Shown piece by piece: positions 10,101-20,841 of a stretch of 59,240 nucleotides of DNA. Under the pieces are notes generated by a model that saw only the letters and a program-made list of their open reading frames with translations, searched no databases and had not been told where the DNA came from. This stretch comes from Candidatus Sumerlaeota bacterium (lineage in GTDB: Bacteria > Sumerlaeota > Sumerlaeia > SLMS01): assembly GCA_007132505.1 (NCBI GenBank), contig SLOM01000098.1, positions 1 to 59,240 on the forward strand. The letters are read 5' to 3'. The translations under genes and the position numbers were made by a program. Each line of letters begins with the position of its first letter. Position 1 is the first letter of the stretch.

Positions 10101-10280
10101 GAACAGGACTTCGCCCCCATTCCCCTCCCCGAGGAAGCCATGGATCAGCCCCACCTCACGCTCCGCTGGAGGTACCACTACATTGAGACGGGCGTAAGCG
10201 GCCCGCGGGCGAAGCTGGCCCTGCGCGACATCCGCATTGAGGGCACCCCTGAGGAGGGACCTACCTGGACGTTCCGCTAG
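7110..10280 (+). CDS. Secreted LTD (lamin-tail) + CotH kinase-family protein, paralogue 1
   Basis: LTD block LVINEFVASNHGG..TPDWIELHNPGEETIELAGWGLSDDEGNPRRW. YTLDGSEP chitobiase-C-like block. CotH core blocks LKSLRLYAR, LRNAGNDY, FLNGEFWGLMNLRERID, RNVDWPGNNRDYWRK and WIVVDLDAGFG. GFIFSHWEG B-repeat-like block. The ORF is open from 6933; ATG 7110 (after GGGAGAG) gives a signal-like start, but the start is uncertain. Confidence 0.8.
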   Translation: MRGGVTCAGKAMLALLWAAPLHGGPLVINEFVASNHGGLMDAHGDTPDWIELHNPGEETIELAGWGLSDDEGNPRRWVFEQGTVEPGGFFVVFASGKDRQAAFHPHTNFAISSAGEPLLLTDPGGDVVDFVPETPLPVNISFGRKPDGSESWRYFAEPTPGTENTSTGYLEVLHPPTFSHEAGFHTEPFALTLETDHEAASIIYTLDGSEPNPDAIGGSVYTYKENYPEEPGAPFGERLKRSYESHAYDGTPVPVTDRSGEPDRLTDVNTTWRQDTSRFAPEGPVFKGTVVRARAIREGAIPSRVVTRSYFVTPEGRDRYSLPVFSLSVQEDGLFDYDVGIHVAGRVFDIWRQRNPESTPQAGTNANYRNRGFGWERPGHVEFFLDQPHPTFKQGIGVRVHGGWTRHYPLKSLRLYARNSYDDTNAFEHPFFADLLDSADGRPVTEFRRLILRNAGNDYPGAMLRDAFLQALVRPLGLDDQRYLPSAVFLNGEFWGLMNLRERIDHHYLARRHKLDAEDVALLNNYGDVRAGEVRHRTEFIELRDYIREHDMTETEHYEYVADRMDIENFIRYNAFQIYIRNVDWPGNNRDYWRKIEPDRSDGAPATHDGRWRWIVVDLDAGFGPWGSGARDVTHDTLSFATEAGNTSHPNPDWATLKLRRLLENESFRHRFINATADQMNTIFRPENFNPLLDKKKARIEPILDEHRARWRDSARRSVQELRDFGAERPQWIQSHTVDYFGLPGTSEVTLDTPAPRRGVIRINQVHIAPGLEGLADPGVPFPWTGTYFQQVPVEIEAIPKAGFIFSHWEGGLEGSPAAVTLAPPEELSATAVFVQDPEYKWDEVLPQPHRLAGGPYILEAWPRDADAGSYPPNMVFPQTPIGDPLLEDPAPERWAHPYDLTSRSRVTGRGPQGIAFINTSNPQEDGGGYVTGAELALDTRGVSAATVSFTAGTVLPNDRTYALRLQYRIGPEGTFRDLHNSNGGVVEYVRHEMTGHEQDFAPIPLPEEAMDQPHLTLRWRYHYIETGVSGPRAKLALRDIRIEGTPEEGPTWTFR

Positions 10281-10414
10281 CCCCGCCTTCTTCGAGCTCC
10301 GGCTCTCGGGTTGCGCGGTCAGCCTCCGGCGGCGCATCATGGTTATTCAGCTTCCCGGCAGAGGCCCGTAAAGCCAGCAGTGGGAAGCATCAACCCCGTC
10401 CATCCGGAGACACG

Positions 10415-13400
10415 ATGCCGCCAAGTGGAATCCGCTCGGTCCTTGCGTTGATCCTTGCCCTTTCCGTGGCGCCGCTTCACGGAGGGACCCTCGTCATCAA
10501 CGAGTTCGTTGCCTCGAACCACGGCGGGCTGGTCGGGCTCTTCGGCAACACGCCGGACTGGATCGAGCTCCACAACCCGGGCGAGGAGCCCGTGGAGCTG
10601 ACGGGCTGGGGACTGTCCGACGACGAGGACAATCCGAGGCGGTGGGTTTTCGAGGGCGGCACGATCGAACCTGGCGGGTTCTTCCTCGTTCTCGCCTCGG
10701 GCCGGGACCGTCACGACATCATCCCGCCGCATACAAATTTCTCCATCAGTTCCTCCGGCGAACCGCTCCTGCTCACCGATCCCCATCACGAAATCGTGGA
10801 CTTCGTCCCGGCCACCCCGGTTCCCACCAACATTTCTTACGGCCGCAAGCCGGACGGCGGCGGGGACTGGTATTACTTCAAGGAGCCCACTCCAGGCGAA
10901 CCGAACACAACGCAGGCATACGGCGAGCTGCTCAGCCCACCGGCCTTCTCCCATGAAGGGGGTTTCTACAGCGAAGCGTTTGAGCTGACGATTGAAACGG
11001 ACGATCCGGACGCCATCATCGTCTATACGCTCGACGGCTCACTCCCCCGCCGGGACAACATCGAGGGAACCAGCTATCAGTACAAGCAACAATACCGCCA
11101 GAGCGCCAGTGATACGGACGGCGAGCTGCTGACACAGACGTTCCGCTCGCAACTGTACGCCGGCGGTCCCATCCCCATCGTGGACAGGTCGGAGGAACCC
11201 GACAGGCTCACCGGCATAAACACCACCTGGCAGCGCACCTACGATCACATCGCCCCGGCGGAACCCGTCTTCAAGGGAACCACCGTGCGCGCCCGTGCCG
11301 AGAAGGAAGGCGCCATCCCCAGTGAAGAAGTCACCCACACATACTTCGTCACGCCGGAGGGCCGGGAGCGTTACTCCCTGCCGGTCATCTCTCTCACGAT
11401 ACAGGAGAATCATCTCTTCGACTATCAGAACGGCATTCATGTTGCCGGCGTGGATTTCGACAACTGGCGTGACCGCTTTCCCTACACTCCCACCAGCCAC
11501 ATGTCACCGGCAAATTACCACCGCAGGGGAATCGAGTGGGAGTCCCCGGGCTTCCTCGAGTACTTCGAGACGGGAGACGCCACGCCTGCGATACGCCAGG
11601 GCCTGGGCTTCCGCATCCACGGCGGCTCTTCGCGTGTGCAGCCTCTCAAGAGCTTCCGGGTCTATGCGCGCCGGGCTTACGACGACACGAACGTCATTGA
11701 CTATCCGCTCCTGCCCAAGCTTCGGAACAGCGTGGATGGCCGTCCGATTACCGAATTCCGGCGCCTGCTCCTGCGCAATTCCGGCGGCGATTACTGGCGC
11801 ACGATGATCCGCGACGCCTTTCAGCACCGCCTTATTCAGGACCTCGGTTTCGACTACCAGGAGTACTCCCCCGCCATCACCTTCGTGAATGGAGAGTTCT
11901 GGGGAATCCTGAATATTCGCGAGCGCATTGACCGGCACTACCTGGCCCGCCGGCATCAGATTGACCCGGACGACATCGCCATACTGACGAACAATGCCAT
12001 CCTCAAGGATGGACGCCCCCAGGACCGCGCGGCCTTCGTCAACCTGCGCGCACGCATCCGCGACTACGACATGAGCAACCCACAGGAATTCGAGTGGGCC
12101 GCCGAGCGCATGGACATGGTGAATTTCATCCGTTACAACATAGCCAAGATATATCTCAAAAACACCGACTGGCCCGGCAACAACATTGACTTCTGGCGGA
12201 AGATAACGCCTGACAGGAGCGGGGACGCCCCCAAGACACACGATGGTCGCTGGAGATGGATTTTCTACGATATGGATGAGGGCTTCGGCGACGCGCAGGG
12301 CCGGGACCACACACACGACACCTTGAGTTTTGCCACCAAACCCGGAGGCCCCTCCTGGCCCAACCCGGACTGGTCCACCACGAAGCTCCGGAACCTGCTC
12401 GAAAACGAATGGTTCCGGAACCGCTTCGTCAATGAGCTGGCGGACCAAATCAACTCCATCTACAATCCTGTCTATCACGAGCCGGTCCTTGACGAGATGT
12501 ACGGCCGAATCCTCCCCTACGTCCCGGCGCAGAGGGAACGCTGGCGTGGCAGCTCGGTCCGCGACACCGGCTTCATGAAGCACTTCGGCCGCGAGCGGCC
12601 CCAATGGATGCAACTCCACACGGTGAACTACTTCGCCCTGCAGGGGACCTCGGAGATCACACTCGACACCCCGCAACCTGTGCGGGGCAGGGTCCGCATC
12701 AACAGCCTCACCATCGAGCCCCAACTGCCCGGCGTCCCGGACCCCCGGCGGCCCTATCCGTGGACAGGGACCTACTTCCAGGGCATACCAGTCGAAATCG
12801 AAGCCATCCCCAAGGCCGGTTTCCGCTTCTCTCACTGGGAGGGTAACCTCGCGGGTGAAGACGCCGAAGTCACCATCGAGCCGCCGGAGGAACTCTCCGC
12901 CACGGCTGTGTTCCTCCCGGACCCGGACTATCCCGCGGACGAGGTGCGGCCGCAGCCACACCTCCTGCGCGAAGAACCCTACGAACTCCACTCCTGGCCG
13001 CGCACTGCCGAGGCTGGCACCTTTCCGGACGCCATGGTGTTCCACCAGACCCCCGTACCCGACCCGATCCTGACGGACCCGGGCGAAGAGCTGTGGACCC
13101 ACCCCTACGACCTCGAGGAACGGAGCCGTGTCACCGGTCTTCACACCTTGGGAGTTGGCTTCATCAACACAACAAATCCGCAGAAGGACGGCGGAGGCTA
13201 CGTGACCGGGGCAGAGCTGGCCCTGGACACGCGGGGTCTGTCGAGCGCCTCACTCCGGTTCACCGCCGGGACCGTCCTTCCGAACGACCGCATGTACGCC
13301 CTGCGGCTTCGGTACCGCATCGGCCCAGAAGGACCGTTCCGCGACCTGCTGGATCAGGACAACAACCCGATCGAGTACGTGAGGAATGAGGAGGCCGGCC

Positions 13401-13585
13401 ATGAAGAGGAGTTCGGACCCATCGAGGTGCCAGAGAAGCTGCTTGGCCTGCATCATCTGTCGCTGAAGTGGAAGTATTACTACATCGAGACGGGTGTGAC
13501 CGGACCGCGTGCAAAGATGTCTCTCGGCAACATTCGAGTAGAAGGCGAACCCCTCCCGCCGGAGCCCACTTGGGTGTTTCATTAA
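10415..13585 (+). CDS. Secreted LTD + CotH kinase-family protein, paralogue 2
   Basis: Signal-like MPPSGIRSVLALILALSVAPLHG, then the same block order as paralogue 1 (LVINEFVASNHGG, YTLDGSLP, LKSFRVYAR, LRNSGGDY, FVNGEFWGILNIRERID, KNTDWPGNNIDFWRK, WIFYDMDEGFG, GFRFSHWEG). Confidence 0.85.
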   Translation: MPPSGIRSVLALILALSVAPLHGGTLVINEFVASNHGGLVGLFGNTPDWIELHNPGEEPVELTGWGLSDDEDNPRRWVFEGGTIEPGGFFLVLASGRDRHDIIPPHTNFSISSSGEPLLLTDPHHEIVDFVPATPVPTNISYGRKPDGGGDWYYFKEPTPGEPNTTQAYGELLSPPAFSHEGGFYSEAFELTIETDDPDAIIVYTLDGSLPRRDNIEGTSYQYKQQYRQSASDTDGELLTQTFRSQLYAGGPIPIVDRSEEPDRLTGINTTWQRTYDHIAPAEPVFKGTTVRARAEKEGAIPSEEVTHTYFVTPEGRERYSLPVISLTIQENHLFDYQNGIHVAGVDFDNWRDRFPYTPTSHMSPANYHRRGIEWESPGFLEYFETGDATPAIRQGLGFRIHGGSSRVQPLKSFRVYARRAYDDTNVIDYPLLPKLRNSVDGRPITEFRRLLLRNSGGDYWRTMIRDAFQHRLIQDLGFDYQEYSPAITFVNGEFWGILNIRERIDRHYLARRHQIDPDDIAILTNNAILKDGRPQDRAAFVNLRARIRDYDMSNPQEFEWAAERMDMVNFIRYNIAKIYLKNTDWPGNNIDFWRKITPDRSGDAPKTHDGRWRWIFYDMDEGFGDAQGRDHTHDTLSFATKPGGPSWPNPDWSTTKLRNLLENEWFRNRFVNELADQINSIYNPVYHEPVLDEMYGRILPYVPAQRERWRGSSVRDTGFMKHFGRERPQWMQLHTVNYFALQGTSEITLDTPQPVRGRVRINSLTIEPQLPGVPDPRRPYPWTGTYFQGIPVEIEAIPKAGFRFSHWEGNLAGEDAEVTIEPPEELSATAVFLPDPDYPADEVRPQPHLLREEPYELHSWPRTAEAGTFPDAMVFHQTPVPDPILTDPGEELWTHPYDLEERSRVTGLHTLGVGFINTTNPQKDGGGYVTGAELALDTRGLSSASLRFTAGTVLPNDRMYALRLRYRIGPEGPFRDLLDQDNNPIEYVRNEEAGHEEEFGPIEVPEKLLGLHHLSLKWKYYYIETGVTGPRAKMSLGNIRVEGEPLPPEPTWVFH

Positions 13586-13637
13586 GACACGCCGTGCCCC
13601 GGAGGCCCGTTCTCGGAAAAAAACTGCCGTCTGGGGG

Positions 13638-13666
13638 TTGACAAGGTCCAGGCGTGGTGAAATGAT
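13638..13666 (+). promoter_or_regulatory. Candidate sigma70-type promoter for the MarR-ect block
   Basis: TTGACA at 13638-13643, a 17-nt spacer, then AATGAT at 13661-13666. The -10 is only a weak match, and the site overlaps possible upstream starts of the MarR ORF. Confidence 0.25.
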
Positions 13667-13766
13667 TCGGGAAGAAATGGAACGGAACCGAAGTTGTTCC
13701 GCCGCTTTCCCGGTCAGCAAAAGCCCATTTCTTCAGACGAAGAAAGCCGAACCCACACGGATCGCG

Positions 13767-14380
13767 ATGAACACTCGCCAGACAACACAGACCCTCAGTC
13801 CCCCTTCCGCCACCACCACGGTGGCGCCCGCAGGAGGAAGTGCATCCACCACCGAAGGGGACCCCCCCACTACCGGGCCGGATCGGACCGCGGTCCCAGA
13901 GTACCACACAAGGGTCCTGCAGTCCATCCGGCGCATCATCCGCTCCGCTGACCTCTACTCCAAGTACATCTCCACACGCCATGGCATCACTGTTCCGCAG
14001 CTGGTGGCCCTGCTGACGGTCTGCGAGCACGGACCGCTCACGGTGACGCGGCTCGGCAAGCTCGTGCACCTGAGCCCAAGCACCCTGATCGGCGTGGTTG
14101 ACAGGTTGGAGGAGAAGGGCCTCGTCGTGCGCGAGCGAAGCGGACTGGATCGCCGCGTGGTGCACCTTCATGCCACGGAGAAGGGAAGAGCTCTGGCCTC
14201 CCGCGCCCCCTCTCCCCTTCAGCAGGGACTGGCGCAGGCCCTCGAGTCCCTTCCCGAGGAGGAACAGTGCCTTATCGCGACTGCGTTGGAGAAGGTCGTG
14301 GAGCTGATGGAGACCGACGCGATCCTCGACGCCGCGTCAGTGCCGGCCACAGGAGCGGATCATGGAATGGAGAGACACGC

Positions 14381-14384
<4 letters not shown>
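13767..14384 (+). CDS. MarR-family transcriptional regulator (EctR-like by position)
   Basis: Winged-helix MarR core ITVPQLVALLTVCEHGPLTVTRLGKLVHLSPSTLIGVVDRLEEKGLVVRERSGLDRRVVHLHATEKG. The N-terminal tail is T/P/S-rich. The stop overlaps the ectA start (ATGA). In-frame alternative starts reach back to 13638. Confidence 0.7.
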
Positions 14385-16242
<1,858 letters not shown>

Positions 16243-16665
16243 ATGATCGTCAGGACCGTTGAGGACACGCTCGGCACCGACGCCGAGGTCCGAACCCCCA
16301 ACTGGGTCAGCAAAAGGCTGCTTCTGAAGCGAGACGGCATGGGGTACTCCGTGCACGAGACCACCATCTTCGCAGGAACCGAAACCTACATCTGGTACAA
16401 GAACCACCTCGAGGCAGTCTTCTGCGTGGAAGGCGAAGGCGAGGTGGAGCTGATCCCCAGTGGCGAGAAGTACAGGATCGTGCCCGGGACGATCTACGCC
16501 CTCGACAAGCACGACAAACACTACCTCCGGGCCTTCAAGGACCTCCGGCTGGTCTGCGTTTTCGCCCCCGCCCTCACGGGACGCGAAGTACATGACGAGG
16601 AGGGTGTGTATCCACTCATTGAAGAGGAGGAGCAGGCATCCGCGGAGAGCCCAGCTGGCTCCTGA
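16243..16665 (+). CDS. ectC: L-ectoine synthase EctC
   Basis: 140-aa cupin. MIVRTVEDTLGTD..V.TPNW.S.RLLLK.DGMGYS.HET.I.AGTE...WYKNHLEAVFCVEGEGE matches EctC throughout. Confidence 0.92.
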   Translation: MIVRTVEDTLGTDAEVRTPNWVSKRLLLKRDGMGYSVHETTIFAGTETYIWYKNHLEAVFCVEGEGEVELIPSGEKYRIVPGTIYALDKHDKHYLRAFKDLRLVCVFAPALTGREVHDEEGVYPLIEEEEQASAESPAGS

Positions 16666-16704
16666 CCTCTCTCCTCCCCGCAAAGGCCACAAGGGCCCAA
16701 ACCC

Positions 16705-16734
16705 GAGCCTGCTTCCGAGTCGTGAAGCAGGCTC
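16705..16734 (+). terminator. Perfect 11-bp stem-loop between ectC and ectD (attenuator, partial terminator or RNA-stabilising hairpin)
   Basis: GAGCCTGCTTC (16705-16715), loop cgagtcgt, GAAGCAGGCTC (16724-16734), followed by ATGTTTCGG. Confidence 0.45.
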
Positions 16735-16779
16735 ATGTTTCGGCCCATAAACCCCCAAGGCAAAAGGAGGAAAGAAATC

Positions 16780-17706
16780 ATGGCACTTGTCCACGATAGC
16801 TATCCCTCGCGCCAGGAAGAAAAACCCCGGATCATCGAGCGGAAGGACCCGGTGATCTACACCGCTCCGGAGGACGCTGACGGCTCGGGCCTGAGCCCCG
16901 AGCAGCTCCGCCAGTTCGAACGCGACGGTTTCATCGCGCTCCCACAATTCTTCACCGCAAAGGAAGTCGCCGCGTTCCGCCACGAAATGACCCGGATGGC
17001 GAATGACCCGGAGACCATCAACCGCGACGAAGCGGTCACGGAGCCCGACAGCGGAGCCGTCCGCTCCATCTTCCGAGTGCACCAGCTCAGCTCGCTCTTC
17101 AACCGCCTCAGCCGCCACCCTCGCCTGCTCTCCATCGCAGGGCAGATTCTCGGTGGCGGCGTCTACATCCACCAGTCACGAATCAACATGAAGCCGGGCT
17201 TCCGCGGCCAAGGGTTCTACTGGCACTCAGACTTTGAGACCTGGCATGTTGAGGATGGCCTGCCCCGCATGCGCACGGTGAGCTGCTCCGTCACCCTTAC
17301 GGAGAACAACGAGTTCAACGGCCCGCTCATGCTCATCCCCGGCTCCCAGAACCACTACATTGCCTGTGTCGGTGAGACGCCCGATGAGAACTATAAGAGC
17401 TCCCTCCGCAAGCAGGTGGCAGGCACCCCCGACGAGGAGAGCCTGACACAGCTCGCCGAACAGGGGGGCATCCAGGCCCCCAAGGGCCCCGCGGGCACAG
17501 TGCTCCTCTTCGACTGCAACACCATGCACGGCTCCAGCAGCAACATTTCCCCTTTCCCCCGCAGCAACGTTTTCTTTGTGTACAACAGCATAGAGAACAC
17601 GCCGGTGGAGCCTTGGTCGGGCCTCAAGCCCCGCCCCGCTTTCGCCGCCGAACGAGAGGACTGCAGTCCGCTCGAACCCACAGAAAACCCGGATTTCACA
17701 TCATGA
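16780..17706 (+). CDS. ectD: Ectoine hydroxylase EctD
   Basis: Signature FYWHSDFETWHVEDGLP. Strong RBS AAGGAGG 16764-16770 before ATG 16780. Fe(II)/2-oxoglutarate dioxygenase C-terminal His context NTMHGSSSN. Confidence 0.9.
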   Translation: MALVHDSYPSRQEEKPRIIERKDPVIYTAPEDADGSGLSPEQLRQFERDGFIALPQFFTAKEVAAFRHEMTRMANDPETINRDEAVTEPDSGAVRSIFRVHQLSSLFNRLSRHPRLLSIAGQILGGGVYIHQSRINMKPGFRGQGFYWHSDFETWHVEDGLPRMRTVSCSVTLTENNEFNGPLMLIPGSQNHYIACVGETPDENYKSSLRKQVAGTPDEESLTQLAEQGGIQAPKGPAGTVLLFDCNTMHGSSSNISPFPRSNVFFVYNSIENTPVEPWSGLKPRPAFAAEREDCSPLEPTENPDFTS

Positions 17707-18614
17707 TCACGAAACGGCACCAACAGACAGCGGCCCCGGCCGCGCCAGGACGGAGGGCCGCCTCCGTCCTGGCTCTCCTCCCCATGATTGCACTCCTCCT
17801 CACTGCCTGCGGCATCGGCGACGACAGGACCACGCTCGAGCGCATCCGCGAGGATGGTGTCGTGCGCGTCGGCTTCGCAAACGAGGCCCCCTACGCCTAC
17901 ACTGACACCTCGACGGGGGAGCTGACAGGCGAGGCACCCGAAATCGCCCGCGTCATCTTGGCAGACATGGGTGTCACGGAAATGCGCGGTGTACAGACTG
18001 AGTTCGGCTCGCTCATCCCGGGACTTAATGCCGGGCGCTTCGACATTGTGGCGGCGGGCATGTACATCCTGCCCGAGCGCTGCGAGCAGGTGGCCTTCTC
18101 CAACCCGACGTACGGAATCGGCGAGGCCATCGCCGTGCGCGCCGGCAACCCCAAGGATCTCCACAGCTACGAGGACATCCGCGACCATGAAGACGCCCGG
18201 TTCGGTGTCGTAACCGGAGCGATCCAAGTGGACTACGCCCGCGACATGCAGATCCCTCAAGACCGCGTCATCCTGTTCCCCGACGCATCCAGCGCGGTGG
18301 CCGGTGTGCGCACGGGCCGGGTGGACGCCTACGGAGGTACTGCACTCACCGTGCAGGAACTCGTAGACAGGGATGACTCGGGTGAGATCGAGCGCGCCGA
18401 ACCCTTCACCAACCCCGTCATTGACGGCGAGGAGGTGCGCGGCTATGGCGCCTTCGCTTTCCGTCAGGGGGACAATGACATCGTGGCCGAATTCAACGAG
18501 CGCCTTGCCGATTTCATCGGTAGCGAGGAACACCTGGAGCTCGTCCGCCCCTTCGACTTCACCGAGCAGGAACTGCCCGGCGACGTGACGGCCGAGGAAC
18601 TCTGCGCCCGCTAA
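17703..18614 (+). CDS. ehuB: Ectoine/hydroxyectoine ABC transporter substrate-binding lipoprotein EhuB
   Basis: Lipobox LLLTAC. FANEAPYAY..G.LTGEAPEIARVIL..MGV...........FGSLIPGLNAGRFDIVAAGMYILPERCEQVAFSNP and the C-terminal EELCAR parallel S. meliloti EhuB as I recall it. The start overlaps the ectD stop (ATGA). Confidence 0.8.
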   Translation: MITKRHQQTAAPAAPGRRAASVLALLPMIALLLTACGIGDDRTTLERIREDGVVRVGFANEAPYAYTDTSTGELTGEAPEIARVILADMGVTEMRGVQTEFGSLIPGLNAGRFDIVAAGMYILPERCEQVAFSNPTYGIGEAIAVRAGNPKDLHSYEDIRDHEDARFGVVTGAIQVDYARDMQIPQDRVILFPDASSAVAGVRTGRVDAYGGTALTVQELVDRDDSGEIERAEPFTNPVIDGEEVRGYGAFAFRQGDNDIVAEFNERLADFIGSEEHLELVRPFDFTEQELPGDVTAEELCAR

Positions 18615-18641
18615 GCGCCGCATCGGGATAGCGCTCCGCTC

Positions 18642-19316
18642 TTGCCCCCGTTTCTCGAATTCCTCATCGCGACCTTCCCCATGCTGTGGAGGGGGCTGGT
18701 CATCACGATCCAGCTCGCGCTGGGCGGGATCGCGCTGGCCATCGTCATGAGTCTGGCGGCGGGACTCGGCAAAATGTCAAAGATCCCGCCCCTGCGCTGG
18801 CTCTGCATCGCCTACATCGAGGTCTTCCGAGGCACCTCCGCGCTGGTGCAGCTCTTCTGGTTCTACTTCGTGCTCCCCTTTTTCGGGGTCAGCATTACTG
18901 AATTCCAGGCCGGTGTTCTCGTTCTCGGACTGAACGCGGGCTCCTACGGCGCGGAGGTGGTGCGGGGCGCCATCCAGGCTGTTCCAAGAGGGCAGTACGA
19001 GGCTGCCATTGCGCTCAACTTCACCCCGATGCAGCGGCTCTGGCGCATCATCGTCCCGCAGGCCGTCGTGTCCATGCTCCCGCCGATGGGTACGATCTTC
19101 ATCGAATTGCTGAAAAACACCGCCCTCGCAGCGTTGATCACACTCAACGAACTCACCTTCGTCGCGAAACAGATACGCGACGACACCCAGCGCACCACGG
19201 AGGTTTTTCTCGCCGTTCTGGTCATGTACTTTGCCGTGGCGCTTTGCATCACCGCCGTCATGCGGACTGCGGAGTGGTGGCTCTCCCGCGGGCTGGACAG
19301 GGGAGGCGTGCGCTAG
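18642..19316 (+). CDS. ehuC: Ectoine/hydroxyectoine ABC transporter permease EhuC
   Basis: Polar-amino-acid-type permease (FRGTSALVQLFWFYFVLPFFG, EAA-like QYEAAIALNFTPMQRLWRIIVPQA). TTG start at 18642 (alternative ATG at 18681). Confidence 0.75.
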   Translation: MPPFLEFLIATFPMLWRGLVITIQLALGGIALAIVMSLAAGLGKMSKIPPLRWLCIAYIEVFRGTSALVQLFWFYFVLPFFGVSITEFQAGVLVLGLNAGSYGAEVVRGAIQAVPRGQYEAAIALNFTPMQRLWRIIVPQAVVSMLPPMGTIFIELLKNTALAALITLNELTFVAKQIRDDTQRTTEVFLAVLVMYFAVALCITAVMRTAEWWLSRGLDRGGVR

Positions 19317-19319
19317 ACG

Positions 19320-19994
19320 ATGGAATGGGACTGGGCACTTACCTGGGAGATCCTGCCGGAGCTGGCCCGCGCGTTCCGTGTTACCGTCGCGGCCACCATC
19401 ATTGGCTTTTCCATGGCCCTGGTGGGAGGGTTGGTGCTCACGATCCTGCGGCGCTCTCCGTTCAGGATCATCTCCTGGCCGGCGAACTTCATCGTGGAGT
19501 TCGTCCGCAGCACGCCCCTGCTGGTGCAGCTCTACTTCTTCTACTTCGTCTTCCCGGTGGAGATCCCGGACATGGGCGGCATCTTCACCTCCGCGTTCAT
19601 CACCGGCGTGCTTGCCCTGGCCCTGCATTACAGTTCCTATACCTCCGAAGTGTACCGGGCCGGTATAGACGCCGTACCAAAGGGGCAATGGGAGGCTGCT
19701 GCCGCGCTTAACATGTCCGGCGGGCGGACATGGACCAGTGTCATTCTCCCGCAGGCAATTCCGCCGATTCTGCCCGCACTCGGCAACTACCTCATTGCCA
19801 TGTTCAAGGACACGCCGCTCCTTTACGCCATCACGGTGGTGGAATTGCTCACGACTGCCTATCAGATCGGGTCCGCGCGATTCCAGTACGTGGAGGCTTT
19901 CACCATTGTGGGTGTGCTCTTCCTCATCGTCAGCCTCATGTCCGCCTGGCTCATTCGCCGGATGGAACGCTGGACCGCGTTGCCATCACACTAG
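19320..19994 (+). CDS. ehuD: Ectoine/hydroxyectoine ABC transporter permease EhuD
   Basis: Second permease (FVRSTPLLVQLYFFYFVFP, QWEAAAALNMSGGRTWTSVILPQA), 3 nt after ehuC. Confidence 0.75.
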   Translation: MEWDWALTWEILPELARAFRVTVAATIIGFSMALVGGLVLTILRRSPFRIISWPANFIVEFVRSTPLLVQLYFFYFVFPVEIPDMGGIFTSAFITGVLALALHYSSYTSEVYRAGIDAVPKGQWEAAAALNMSGGRTWTSVILPQAIPPILPALGNYLIAMFKDTPLLYAITVVELLTTAYQIGSARFQYVEAFTIVGVLFLIVSLMSAWLIRRMERWTALPSH

Positions 19995-20009
19995 GAGAGG
20001 ATCCCGCTC

Positions 20010-20804
<795 letters not shown>

Positions 20805-20841
20805 AGCGCACTGCTTCACACCGGCCCCCTGATAGTACACC

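Noticed and set aside
10350-10388. 7-bp stem (GCTTCCC/GGGAAGC) with a 25-nt loop between the two CotH genes
   Set aside because: Weak, with a large loop and no U-tract. It cannot be distinguished from chance. It says nothing firm about whether the paralogues are co-transcribed.
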